Under the pieces are notes generated by a model that saw only the letters and a list, made by a program, of their open reading frames with translations, searched no databases and was not told where the DNA came from. A DNA stretch of 64,000 nucleotides from Zygnema circumcarinatum SAG 698-1b (taxonomy: Eukaryota > Plantae > Zygnematophyceae), in assembly GCA_037447605.1 (NCBI GenBank), contig CM074806.1:4278001-4342000 (forward strand), given 5' to 3'. The position numbers were made by a program, and so were the translations under genes. Numbering within the stretch: the stretch's first letter is position 1; the number at the start of each line of letters is the position of its first letter. Below are positions 23,616 to 36,174 of this stretch, piece after piece.

Positions 23616-26141
23616 ACCCTGGGACTTGCGGTGGTGAAATGGGGCTCGATTAGGGTTAGGGTGGTAGGTTTTGGGGGAAAGGGGGGGGGGGGGGGGAGGA
23701 GGAGACTGGCAGGGTTTTGTTTGGTCTTTTTCCTATTTTTGCTTCTCCCCCTTATTTAACTACGTTGGTTATTTTGAGGCCATGGAGCATTTCCTTGGCT
23801 GAAGAAAGGGTTTAGAAGTCGGGCTTAGCCGCCATCTGAATTCTTTCCACCGCTGAGTTGTAGGCGTCATGAGAAGAGGCGTCGGAAGTGGCAGGTCGAG
23901 GGAATACTTTTTCCGCTGGAATAAATAGGTCCTGTGGTGGCGAGGAAGGCCCCGTTCCATGTAGAATGCTCGCTACAGTTGAACAGAAACAGGAACGGAG
24001 CGGATGGAGAGGGGGAAGGGTGTGGGGGGTCCTCTTCTGGCTGAGTTTACTGCTCCAGCTGCTTCGTTAGCAGCTGCCTCAATTCGAGTTTTTTGAGTGT
24101 ACGAAAATTGATAAAGTGAAGAGGGGAGGGTACCGTTCGCAGTTTCCAGCGCAAAGTTTGGAATGTAGTGGTGCCTTCAATGTCAACTGCTCTAGTTTTT
24201 CACAAAAAACCTCTTGTTGTCAATACTGCAAATCATGCATTCGGCCATGCATGCATGCATGCACGCCCTACAGCATCCATACATACTGTATCGTACGGAA
24301 ATCACGTGTCACCCGCTGATTGGTGCCAGAAGGGACTCTTAAGCGGTCGTACGGTCTCGGTCTCGGTCGGCGCGGCGCACGTGAACGAACTGTATGAAGT
24401 GATTTGTCGCGTACTCTGACGACAAAAGACTGTACGACAACCTTGCTGCCGCAGCCGCCCACCCGCAGATCGGGTGTTTTGTCGTCTTTAATCCAAAACG
24501 ACAAAACGGTTTCGGAAGCCGCATCCATTGTCCGTACGGTGGCGGTTTGGACCGGAAGAGAGATCGCATCGGGATAATCGATATATTGTGAGGTGTATCG
24601 ATATGGATGCCGTCATCACCTGTACGTTGCTCACGTCGTAGGGTGGGTGTCCATCAGCGTTTTTTCGCCGACGTGGAGGTACAGGCGTAGTTTTGGAGGA
24701 TGATGTGGCGCCGTCGTGGCGCCGACTAGGACCGACGTGGAGGTACAGGCGTAGTTCCCCAGAACGACCATTCGCGTGCCGCCATGTGGCTACCAAAGAT
24801 CCGCCAGCGTGCGACTGCCACGCTGGCTGGAAGCCGTCAACGCTCGGTGACCGCCGGTCGTGGTTGCAAGTCGCTTCAGCGCCGAGGAAGCTTCCCAATG
24901 TGCAGCCATGGCTGCCGACTTATCTGAAAAACCACGAGGAGAAGCCCGTGTGCCTGCGAACGGACAACGGGCGTTCCATGAGCCAGTCAGCCAAACGGCG
25001 TAGAAGCTCGTTGCAAGAGGGAGGGCTGCGGAGTTAAGCTCCGGTGCTTAACCCTAAAACAGACAGGGGATGAGCACCGAGGGGCCTCTCTTCCCATTCT
25101 CGCCTTAGGATTAGGGTTTGGAGACGGCTCTGGAGCATGCCGGGAGGGGGGGGGCTCTCCCTTTACTTCTCACACCGATGGAGATTTTCTATTAGAGGGA
25201 GGAGGGAGATCGCACTTTGTGAAGGTCTAATGGTCGTGTCGCCGCTCCTCCGCGCTTTAGAAGCAATTGATTAGGGTTGTAATTATTATTATTCTTTTTG
25301 TTTAATTAATTTGAGTATGTGATTGGCAAATTTTCACTGTCAGATTTTTGCTTCCATTCTCTTGGATAGCTTTTTCCAATGATGCTTGTGTTTTGGAGAG
25401 GAAAAAAACGAAATTGGAGCATGTGGTGGCAAGAAGCAAGCAGCAAGAAGCAAGACGCAAGAAACAAAAAGCAAGAAGCAAGAAGCACAAAGCCTGTTGA
25501 CAACAAAGAGAGAAATCAGCCAATGGAGAATAGAGGATAAAAGAGAGACGTATGTTGTCACATGTCCTTTCCACAACTTCCACCACAACAATAATATTTA
25601 ATGCTGGTGAATTGCGAGGCAAACGCCGCGAATGGCTTTGCTGCGAAAGGCAGGGAAGGAGGGAAGAGAAGGGAGCGGAGGTGGCGGCTGTAGTGGCGGC
25701 GGCCGTCGCCTCCTGCAAACCCTAAAAAACTGTCGGTAGCGACGCGCGTACGGTAACCGCAGTGGGCCACGGCGGACGCTTTCAAATCGTGCACGTGGCG
25801 ATCGCTGATTGGAAAACGGTGTTTTGATGGAACTCGTCATTTTATCTGCAAAACGGCGTCCTACGTGGACCGTAACGAGCTCGTCACGAAACGGGCTGAT
25901 GGAAACCCACCCTGAGACAATGGTATGATGGCGTATCGTATCGTATCGTATCGTGATGTGTTCCATCAAATTGTGGTGCTCCATGCGGAGTAGAGCGGTG
26001 ATGACGTCAGCATTTGACACATGGGAAAAGGCCCTCTACAAGAACCTAACAAACTCACAATTTAAAAAAAAAGAGTCAATTTTTGTTTTTCAAAATTTGA
26101 AATTTTAATTTTTATAAAAAAAAATTGTAATTTTCAAATTG

Positions 26142-29100
26142 TCACAAATTGTCGATTTTTGCGTTCATTCTAACAAATGTAATAAACTCGCCATCGCCCT
26201 CCAACGGATTTTTGCCTTCATGGAAATGCCGTTCAACGAATTCCCGCGTGAACGGCTCCCATGCGCCGCCGCCAGGCCGCCGCCCAAAACGGAGGACCTG
26301 CGCGCATGGAACCCCGGGTCCGTTCCGTGAGCCGTGCATCCATGTGAGCTTGAGGAACCCTAAAACCCTAAATGCTGGCAAACCCCAAAACCCTAAATGC
26401 TGGCAGACCCTAAAACCCTAAACGATGGCAAACCCTGAATCCCTAAATGCTGGCAAACCCTAAAACCCTAAATACTGGCAAACCCTAAAACCCTAAACCC
26501 CGCGCAAAGTGGCCATCTCACCTTCTCGTTCCACGGAAAGGAAAAGAAATGGTCCAGCAACGCCCTCGGGGGCTGTCCAATCAGAGGCTGCCACGTGTGC
26601 ATCACAAGCCCCTCCTCCACCGCGTTCCATGTGGCATTGTTCCGTTCCCGTACAGTTGTGGAGACGAGCAGGTCCACCTGCGAACAACGACAGCATGGAA
26701 CCGCGGGATTTGTGAACGCCCCAAAAACAAGAATTTCCATTCATAGTATGACACTGTTCCACCCTAAACCTGAAATTCTGTTACACCATAACGAACCCTA
26801 AATCAAGTAGTTTTCCACCAAAACAAAAAAATACAAATAAAAAGCAAAAACTGAAAACGGACAACTGAAAACTGAAAACTGAAAACTGGAATCTGAAAAC
26901 CTGCCTTGCCCGGAATGAGGCGCAGAGCTGCCTTCACTTTCTTCCGTAAAGTGGTGCGGCCATCGCTCGGGCCGACCGGCACTGCGAGAAGGGGCCGGCC
27001 GAGGGCGAGGGCCTGCTCCATCACCGCGCGCAGGGACACGGGCAGAGCCTCCACCGCCCCTCCCTCCTCGCCCTCCCCCTCCCCCTCTCCCTCTCCCTCT
27101 CCCTCTCCCACTCCCTCTCCCTCTCCCACTCCCTCTCCCTCTCCCTCTCCCACTAACACTCCCTCTCTCTCTCCCTCTCCCTCTCCCACTAACACTCCCT
27201 CTCTCTCTCCCTCTCCCTCTCCCTCTCCTCTCCCTCTCCCTCTCCCTCTCCCTCTCCCTCTCCCGCTCCTCCCGCGGGGGATATGACGCGTCCCGTGGAA
27301 GGGTCAAACAGCGTGAGAAGCGCCACGTGGAGATGGGACACTTTGCACGGAACTGCGGACACGGAACTGGGGAGAGGCAGCTCTCCGATGGCAGCCTGCA
27401 AAGTCAAACATTTCAAGCAACCAAAACTGAAAGTTAGAGAAATATGCAGTTAGGATCTGCAAACTAGCCCAGCCCTTTTTTGGTTTTTTAAGCGAATTTT
27501 CGACTTTTCAGCTTTTACGACCCAATCGGCTGCTTCTGGGTTCATGCAAACCCTAAAAATCTCACAAGCGAAGTAACCCTAATTTTGAGAATACCTGCAG
27601 GGCCAGAACTGAAGCCACATCTCCAGTCCATTGGATGAGAGTAAAAGGAGTGACATTTCCCTCCATGGCGGTCTTTTGCATGCTGTTATTTGCAATAAAA
27701 ATTGCTTCCTGCATATTCGGGCAGCCCAAATTTCCTTAACTTAGAGAGAAAAAATGATATCTTTGATTTCTCGGACACGTAAATTGGCCAAAATTGTCAA
27801 AATCGCATAGTGGAAGCCCTTTGAAGAAGACTAAAAGGGAGAAAAGGGGGCTAGAAATGAAAGAAAAATTACCTCGACAACATTTTTCCGTTTTCCTCTC
27901 CACCCCACCACATTGAAGTGGCCGTACGGGCAGTGCCTGCAGATGCTTCAAACCAAAAATTTGTCAAGAAAAAAGCTCACTGTTGTCAGAAAAAAAAACT
28001 CCAATATGTGCATGGAGATATAAAAAAAAAAAAAAAACTCAGCTTCATCCTTCACTGCCACAGAAAGCAAGAGCCATGCATTCAAAATGCAAAACTGGAA
28101 CTTTATTTCTGACTTTCTGACTTACTGACAACATTACTAATTACATTCAAAATTTTGCAACCAATCACATCATATACTGTAGATATTGGAGAGGTGAAAA
28201 ACGGAAAGGAAAAAAGGAAAAGTGGGGGCGGGATTTTAGGGGATTTTAGGGGTCCTTGCCTGCAGGAATTTCCGCAGCATGTTCCTCTCTCCCGCAGCGC
28301 CGCCATAGTGAACACATTAAAGCCTGCAGCCTCCCTCCGCCAAAACCCTCAAAACCCTAAAAAACACTACACATATTATAGGTAAAAAAGGTACAGTTAA
28401 CAAGTTTGTGAGGTCCTGTATGCATGTATGTGAACTCCGCAAATACTCATTCGCCAATATACATTGCATATGGGGATGTACAGGAGTAATGAATCTGACA
28501 CGTGATCGGGTCCAGGTACATCCGCCGCCTGTTCGCTTGGGCAACTCGGTGCGCTTCCTCAATATCGGGTGGTAGTATCGGCTTCTCCCACACCCCTCCC
28601 AACACCTCCGCCTCCCACACCCTCTCTCTCCGCCCTCTCTCTCTCTCCCCTTCTGGGGAAGAAGCCATCTCCTCTTTAGGTCCCTTTTTGAGTGATGTCG
28701 CCGGAGTCCAATACTCCCAGGGAAAATTTGTGGGCATGATTTCGGGCCGGTTGTGAAGTAGCCCTACCATCCTGCAGGATAGTATATCCTTCCTTCATAT
28801 TCAAATTTGAAGACTTTTTGAAAGAGAAGAAAGAAAAGGGAAACAGAAAACTGACTCACTGACTTTTATAACCAAAAAAATGATGATTTGGGGTAGAAAT
28901 AGAGCCGCAGAGGAAGGGAGGGAGATACCACTCTAATGCATCGACAAGGCGAGGACCGGAGCGGTTGAACATTTGGTCTCCATCTACAAGGACCACTCGG
29001 CCCTCTCTCACAGCGCGGAGGCTCTCCCACCATCTCTCTCTCACTACCCCCTCCAACTCCCTCTGTAAAGCAAACAAGCACAAACAAACCCCAATTGTAC

Positions 29101-30901
29101 CCAATTGAAATAACACTTCAAATTAGACACCCCAAGTTACGTATCCGTTGCAAATCAAACTTGGAAGGGGTGAGACTTGTTAAACCCTAAATTATGTTTA
29201 CCTTTGTTGTGTTAATGTCTAAGCCGCAAGGGCAAATAATGATCCAATCAGGGTCAACTTCAACCACCCTCTCCGGAGCCACTCGAAACGAATCCCCTGC
29301 ACCCCTGAACCCTGCGCTTTCTCCCTCAAAAAACCCTAAAACTCTTCAAAACCGAAAAACTTCAACTACGAACCATTCAAATCTACTCACTTTCCTGCAC
29401 CGGGAAAACCTAAAATCGATGAAAAAAAAGGCCAATCTCAGTAAACCGACAGTGCCAACAAGTCACATAATTCGTCCCTTTAAGACTGCGGCAAAAAAAA
29501 GTCTCTAAATTTTTATCACTTTCAAGTCTTCTTGAAAATCTTCAGGGTTTAGGGATTCTTATGAGGGGACTACCTGCCATTTTTCGAAGGGTTCAGGGGG
29601 TGCAGCCCCCCTGCCATTTCTATAATTTGGGGCGTCCAATGTCCGCCGCAGTAAATGGGGTCCGTCCATTCCATGAACACAATTCGCGGTTTTCCGTTGA
29701 ACGGAACGGAATTGGGCACAAGTTCACATGCAGCTTTCACTCTTCTTCGGAGCGAGTCAGCAGCGGCTACGGCTGCGTCTTCTAGTTCTGAAGGAAGGAA
29801 AGAAGGAAGGCAAAGCAAAAGTTTTTTTTTTTTCATGTAAATGTGATGGAAGGATGAATATGGGCAGTCGAATGACAAAAGAAGAGCAGTACAAAAAAAA
29901 AAAACGTAGTTTCTTTTCTAAAAAGGAATTAAAAAGTTTAAAAGTTTAAGCAAAAGAGGGTTAGTAAAATTTCCATGTATGTGTAGTTACAGTCGAGAAC
30001 AGCCTTCAAACATGGAACCGAAAAAAAGAATTTTTTTTGCTTCTGCAAGAGGTCTGCTTACCTACGGCCTTGCCAACTTTGATGACGTCATCGATAACGT
30101 CCTCCAACGCACCTGGGGCCAGGCTGACGACAGCAGGCTCGGGCTCAATTTCTCTGCTCCCCCACATCCCACATCTGACTGCTTGAACAAAATGCTTCGA
30201 AAAGAAAATCTAAGGAAAAAACTGAATTTCATCCTTTTCTATTAAAAATTAACTGTAAATAACTTTGCAAACTAATACTTTACGACTCACATGATCCAAC
30301 AAAATAAGCGCTTTTGAAATAAACTAAGATTAAATCAAAAGTTCTGAGTCCATACTTTGAAATCCGGTAGACGATTCCTGAGTCTATCGCACATACGCTG
30401 CAAAGCGACTGAGTCAAAATGACGGTCGGTTTCAAATTTTTCAAAGTCTCTTCGTGCAGCACATAAAGGCCTCGCCCTGCGGACAGCGATTCCGATACCT
30501 CTTTATCCACAGCTGCTTACAATAAAGAGCGNNNNNNNNNNCCCCCCCCCCCCCCCCCTTCCCCCAAAAAAGGGTCAAAATCGAATCCTTAATAAAGGCA
30601 TTTGGAGAAGGTCGGACCGACCCAGGTCAACAATATGACCTCCTAAAAAACCCAAATGTCTAAAACTGTAAAAAAAATGGAAAGTATTCGGGAAATATAG
30701 TGGAAAACCGGCACCTGCTGAGTTTGTAAACTTAGTGCGGGAGTCGGTGACGACTGGTCTTTCCTTTACTGAGGGAGGGTAGTCGTCAGAGTGCCCTCTC
30801 CCAACAAGCAAATTTTCTCCTCCAATAAAACCTAAAATTTCAGCGGCGGCGGGAAGGAGGGAAACCACTCGGTGGGAGCGAACATTTAAGGGAGAAGCCA
30901 T
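26142..30901 (-). CDS. Three-domain fusion: BtuF-like (Fe/B12 substrate-binding) domain + Cys-rich DUF5522-like domain + degenerate diphthine-ammonia-ligase-like (PP-loop) domain; ~13 exons
   Basis: Approximate exons 30901-30715, 30512-30356, 30174-30062, 29787-29574, 29304-29202, 29062-28929, 28771-28500, 28323-28260, 27936-27909, ~27709-27597, ~27395-26905, 26677-26522 and 26297-26142. BtuF-like motifs: [68 protein letters not shown]. Cys-rich motif: [22 protein letters not shown]. Ligase-like motifs: [36 protein letters not shown]. Confidence 0.8.
26356..26500. repeat. 25-bp minisatellite (AAACCCTAAAACCCTAAATGCTGGC, ~5.5 copies) in the last intron of the fusion gene
   Basis: Directly visible tandem units that contain telomere-like heptamers. 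Confidence 0.85.
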
Positions 30902-31495
30902 GGTGCGCAGTCTCGAGGCTGCTAAAGGAACAAAAACAAGAAGAGAGGGGAGGGAGGTGGGGGTGTGGGGGAATGGGGAGAAGGAAATTAGAAACTGCTA
31001 TCACATTAGACAATGGTTTGGTAAATACCTTAAAATTTTATGTATTTTTTAGATAAAGACGTAGTGGGTTTCCGGTTTAGCGAGCACGTGTTTGACGCTC
31101 TATTCAGTTTCCAAATATGTATATATATATATATAATATATATTCTTAGTGGCGCCTCGTTTGCACGCATGAACTGATGTTAACGAAAGCGAAAGTCTCC
31201 TTCTTTCAGTTTTTTTTGGTTACTTGACTTCCTTAGTTCGGGTAATGAGAACAATGCACGTTCTGAAAGTTTTTGGGGTTTTTTTTTCAGGGCTCAGCGC
31301 TGCATGGGGAGGGCGAGCAGCCTTGCACGCATCAGGACCGGACTGAACTGAGCGCTCTGCCGATGTATGTGGTAACTGGCGCGCTTGCATGCAGACGATA
31401 AAAACTTGCGAAATAAGCAGAGAGAGAAGGGGAAAGGGGGAGAGGGGGAGAGGGAGAGAGATAGAGAGAGGGAGAAGGGAGGGACGGAGGGAAAA

Positions 31496-31541
<46 letters not shown>

Positions 31542-32733
31542 GCGAAGCAGGTCCGACGTGCATACCGCGCTGTCCGAGCAATGCGCGCCACACGAATGTT
31601 CTTCTGAAAACCAAATGTCTTAGGGAATACGACAGCGCCAGAGAGAGAGAGGGGGAGAGAGAGAGCGAAAGGGGGAAAGGGGGAAAGGGAGGGAAAAGCT
31701 AAGAGTTGGCAGCTCATCGTATAATGATGTGACTTTGAGAACCACGAGGAAGCGGACCACCCACAAGTGACCTTGGTTGGGACGGACGGTACATAGGGAA
31801 AAAGCAATAATGAGCGGAACCCTCATGGCTTCTTGTTCGCACTCCTGTCAGTTTCGCTAAAAACACTAAAAACACTAAAAACACTTAAAACACTAAAAAC
31901 CCTAAAACCCTAAATACAATAGTATAGAATAGAATAATAGGTACAGAAAACCACAAACTTGGACTGATTGGCCTCGCCATCGTGATATCAATGCCACTTT
32001 CTCCCCCCAAAAAACTTGGACTAATTCAAGCTTTGATTTTGGGAAATGTTTTGGCTTGAGAGTTGAGACACCCCAATTCGGTTGTATGTGAATGATGCCA
32101 TTCACTTTTTCATCCTTTTTTAATCATTTTCATTTTTTGTAAAAATAGAATGAGCTACTTGTAATCCTTTGGCCAAACCTCATGTTCAGTCATGCCCAAA
32201 TGTCGAATGAGAATTAGAGTTGTGAGCGATACAGTTCCATCAACAAGAACATGAGCATTGCATGAAACGAGAGCGCGGCAAAAATAAATTGCTTTTGGAG
32301 GATCCAAGAATTCACGGCCTTTTAATGGACAATGTCAGCTGAAACCTTCCTTCACACCTTTACCCCTAAACCCTAATCTCTCCCTGAAAAGGCCCTAGCG
32401 GTGAACCTTAAACCCTGAATTTGCCAAAAATATGAGTGGACCGAAAGCCTTAACAAGGGAAGACAAAAAAAAAACCAAAAAAAAAGGTAAAGCCTGGATT
32501 GGATGAAAACAAAAGATGTATACTAAAATACAAAGCCAATGCAAAATCAAACAAACAGAAGTGCGAACTTATTGCTCGGGGGGGAGGGGGCCTCCTCTTC
32601 CTCTATTTTGACGTCAGGCCCCCATTAATAAAACCTGCAGGAAAAAAAAAGATGAAAAAGGGGGGAAAAGGACCCACACGCACAAACTAATCCTTTCTCT
32701 TTCAGACTCTGCAAACCAGCACTCCTTTCCATC

Positions 32734-35700
32734 CTAGGTCGTACGCCGCAAAATTGTGCGCAAACTTTTGCCGACCTCCTCTCCAAAGTCTTCTTGCGCG
32801 TGGTGGCCCACCTGCAAGAAGAGCATGAGAGACAATACAATCCTTAGCCCCAAATCCTGACCCCTGACCCCTGAACCCTGAACCCTGAACCTTGAAGTCT
32901 GCTTTATGGCCCACCTCTGCGAGCTGCGTGAGAGTCGCTTTCGCCGATTTGGCGAACTCCGGCACCCCCTTGAAGGGCAGCCACCGGTCCCGCATGCCCC
33001 ATATAAGAGCGGTCGGGCGGGCCCAACCTTCAGAGCTCAAATCGCGCCGCATGGTCTCCAGAGAGCGCTGCGCACGCCCAGCTGGAAGCATCGTCAGGAG
33101 AGAAAGGGGGAGAGGGAGAGGGAGAGAGAGAGAGGGAGAGGGAGAGAGAGAGAGGGAGAGGGAGAGGGAGAGAGGGAGAGGGAGAGAGAGAGAGAGGGAG
33201 AGAGAGANNNNNNNNNNGAGGGAGAGAGAGAGAGAGAGGGAGAGGGAAAGAGAGAGAGAGGGAGAGAGGGAGAGAGAGAGAGGGAGAGAAAGAGAGGGAG
33301 AGAGGGAGAGGGAGAGAGAGAGGGAGAGAGGGAGAGAGAGAGAGGGAGAGAGAAAGGGAGAGAGGGAGAGAGAGAGGGAGAGAGAAAGGGAGAGAGAGAA
33401 AGGAAGGGAAAGGGCAAGGGAAAGAGGAAGGGGGGGTGGAGGAGGGGAGGGGAGGGTAGAGGGTTTATAAGGAAATTAGGGTTGGGAGGGAGAGTTTCAC
33501 CTGCAGGTCCTTCTGCAGCGCGCGAGTGATGGCAGTGAGTGCGAATCCCGCCATGCCTGAGCGGAGGTACACTCCGCGGTAGACCATGGCGTCCTCCTCC
33601 TCCAGCGCGTACTGGGAGCAGCTCGCGAGCAGCTTGTCGCTCGCACGGAGAGGGTCCTGCATGCCGCCAGTTTTACGGAAATCCGTTAAGTGCATGGATC
33701 TGCCGAAGCAGGCTGTTCAGGGAAGAAGGCTGGAAAAGGCCTGTAATTGGATATTGACTATGGCATAGAACTGAATCTGTTCAATGGAGGGTGTCTGCTT
33801 TGCATAGAATGGGGGCGTACCTGCGCATAGATTTCACCGAGAAGGAAGCTTGCAAAGCTGCTAAGGGCACTGGGCAGCTTTGAGTGTTGTTCAGTTACCT
33901 GCATTTTGGTAAATTGCTTCAGAGTCACACCTCTCAATTTGACTGAAGAGATAAAACAGCAAAAGAAAGAGGTAAAACAAGCTAAAAACCAAAGATACAT
34001 GTAGAAATTTAGTGATAATTTTCATTCTTAACTTTTTGAAACAGGGAGGGGTTTGTTGGAGAAAACCTACTGGCGGATTGATGAGGATGAGCCTCTCCAC
34101 TTTATCCTGATTGGCAGTTGCATAAGCTGTCACAGCCGGTGCAAAGTATCCCTGCGGCAAATCACGTCGCGCCACGTGGCATCCCTTCACAAACTTGTAG
34201 TTATCTAAATTAGCTATTACCAGCTCATATGGGATCAATTGAGGCTGATTTTCTGCACTTCAGCTAAACAAAAAACCCTGCTCGCGGCCCTATTTCTTCA
34301 CCGGGATTTTCCCGTAAATTAATGAATAGATAAACTACTAAGCAAACAAGTCAAGGAGCTGACAATCACCTGCACCACAAGGGTGACCTTTTTCACATTT
34401 AGGGTTTCGATAAAGCTCGCCAAAGCAGCTGCATACTCTGCCAGAGTGTAGTCAAACCCGTATTTCGGCTGCGGTTTTTCGGAAAAACCAAATCCAATCC
34501 AGTCAGGAGCTATCACATGGAACTCCTCCGCCAACTGAGGGATAACGGTACGGAACGAGTAGCTCTGTGAGGGCAAACCGTGAAGCAGTACAACTGTGGG
34601 CTTAACAGGGTCGCCGTCTTCCACATAGAACCACCTGACAACAAAAAGAAGCACCAAGGGAGAAGGTGCATTAGGAGGGCATTCAAAACAGCCTCTTATT
34701 TAGAATATAAAAAAGAAAAAAACGTTTAGATCACACCACATATTTAAAAAGTGATCGTGGCTTTAAATTGTCACTTAAAATAAATACCATTCTGACCTCC
34801 GCGAAAGTGAGTCCCAAGTACCGAAACAAGTCGCCGGCTACTTGAGAAGATTCCGCCATGGCTAGTCCAAAAAGGGGCTCCTTCGCCTTCCCGCGATTCT
34901 CTCCCTGAGAGTAGGCCTCCACATACTTCCCCTTCTCCTCCCACAGCTCCGCAGGACCCTTCTCGTCGGAGTATTTGCCTGGTCGGCCAATGGGAGAAAC
35001 CACTAGGAAAGGCTTAACTTCATTATTAGGCAAAGTAGCTATAGGGAGCGGAGTCCCATGAACCTTAAAGACTCTGACCTTAAAGCTCTGCAAGATGCAG
35101 GATTTTTAAGCAGGATTAAAGGCGATTAATACTGGACGGTTCGCTAATGCAAGCTGCTTCTTCCCAGACTTGGAATCGCTCGAGATTGAAGTTAAAGGAG
35201 GACCACTTCTTGACAAACTTCGTCGTGAGTTTTTAACATTTGGATCGAGTAGAAAAACGAGTACCCATTAGTTGTGTAAACACGCCGCACGTTACATTTT
35301 CAAGTTCTCACTCTTTCTCTTCTCCTCTTGCCCCCTCCCTCCCACCCCCTATCTCGCTCCTCCTCAATACTCAGTTCCGTTTTAAGCTGTATCAATAACT
35401 CACATTCTCCTTTGACTTTGCTATCTCCCTCTCTTCTTTCACTGCCGCTCCCCACACCTCTCTCTCTCCCTCTCTCTGGTCCTACTCACACTCACTTCCT
35501 CTCCCACCCACTCTCCCACTCCCTCCCTTCTCCCTCTCTCCCCCCCACTAAAGAGAGAGCTCTCCTACCACCCTGGAAGGAGAAGCCGTCCCCGGGCAGA
35601 ACGGGCGCGTCCACCAGATACCCCTCATCCTCGTCATCGACGTACACAGCGCGACACGTGTGGCTCCCTCTCCTGCCGCCACGTGGCACACCTAGAGCTT

Positions 35701-35890
35701 CCAGACGGGGCCCTAACCCTAACTGAGGCTCCATGCGCAAAATCCGCCCGGCATTGCGAGCTTGCAGGCTTCTAGTCGTGCCACGTGGCAACACAGCTGA
35801 ATATTTCAGTGATGAAGGCCGAGGGAATCCTTCCAAAAGGCCATGGCTTCGTGCCACGTGGCAAGCTCCCGCGTGAGGGCAGGCCGCCAT
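32734..35890 (-). CDS. Plastid-targeted alpha/beta-hydrolase (haloalkane-dehalogenase-like fold, Arabidopsis At1g52510-like); 8 exons
   Basis: Exons 35890-35569, 34978-34822, 34634-34371, 34151-34071, 33898-33821, 33656-33501, 33067-32915 and 32811-32734. Motifs: YLVDAPVLPGDGFSFQGGKYSD, VVLLHGLPSQSYSFR, APDWIGFGFSEKP, LLGEIYAQDPLRASDK, IWGMRDRWL, VGHHAQED. Confidence 0.92.
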
Positions 35891-36174
35891 GGCGGCAGTA
35901 GCGTGGCGACCTGCTTGTGATAGGAGCCGGAGGGAGGGAGAGGGAGTGGGAGAGGGAGGGAGGGCGGGGAGGGAGCGGGAGCGGAGGGCAATGGAAGGGG
36001 AGAGGTTGTCCCAGGGAACGGAACTGTGGGAACAAGGAACGGATGGAGTTTGATTCGCGGAATATTCAAACGGTCAGAAAAAGAAAAGGGAATAATTATA
36101 AGAAAGTGCTATTTGTACACCTTTTTCTACCAGATACACACCTTTTGTCGCCGGTCAAATCTTATCTTATCTTT

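Noticed and set aside
24668-24756. 25-bp direct repeat with a 39-bp spacer (mini-CRISPR-like)
   Set aside because: Only two copies; most simply a local duplication.
23760-25730. Possible gene between the SnoaL-like and fusion genes
   Set aside because: Only short unrelated ORFs and an (AAGC)-type microsatellite near 25430-25490; no consistent splice model.
31290-31830. Possible small minus-strand gene starting at the gaagccATG near 31826
   Set aside because: I could not join the exons into a coherent or recognisable protein.
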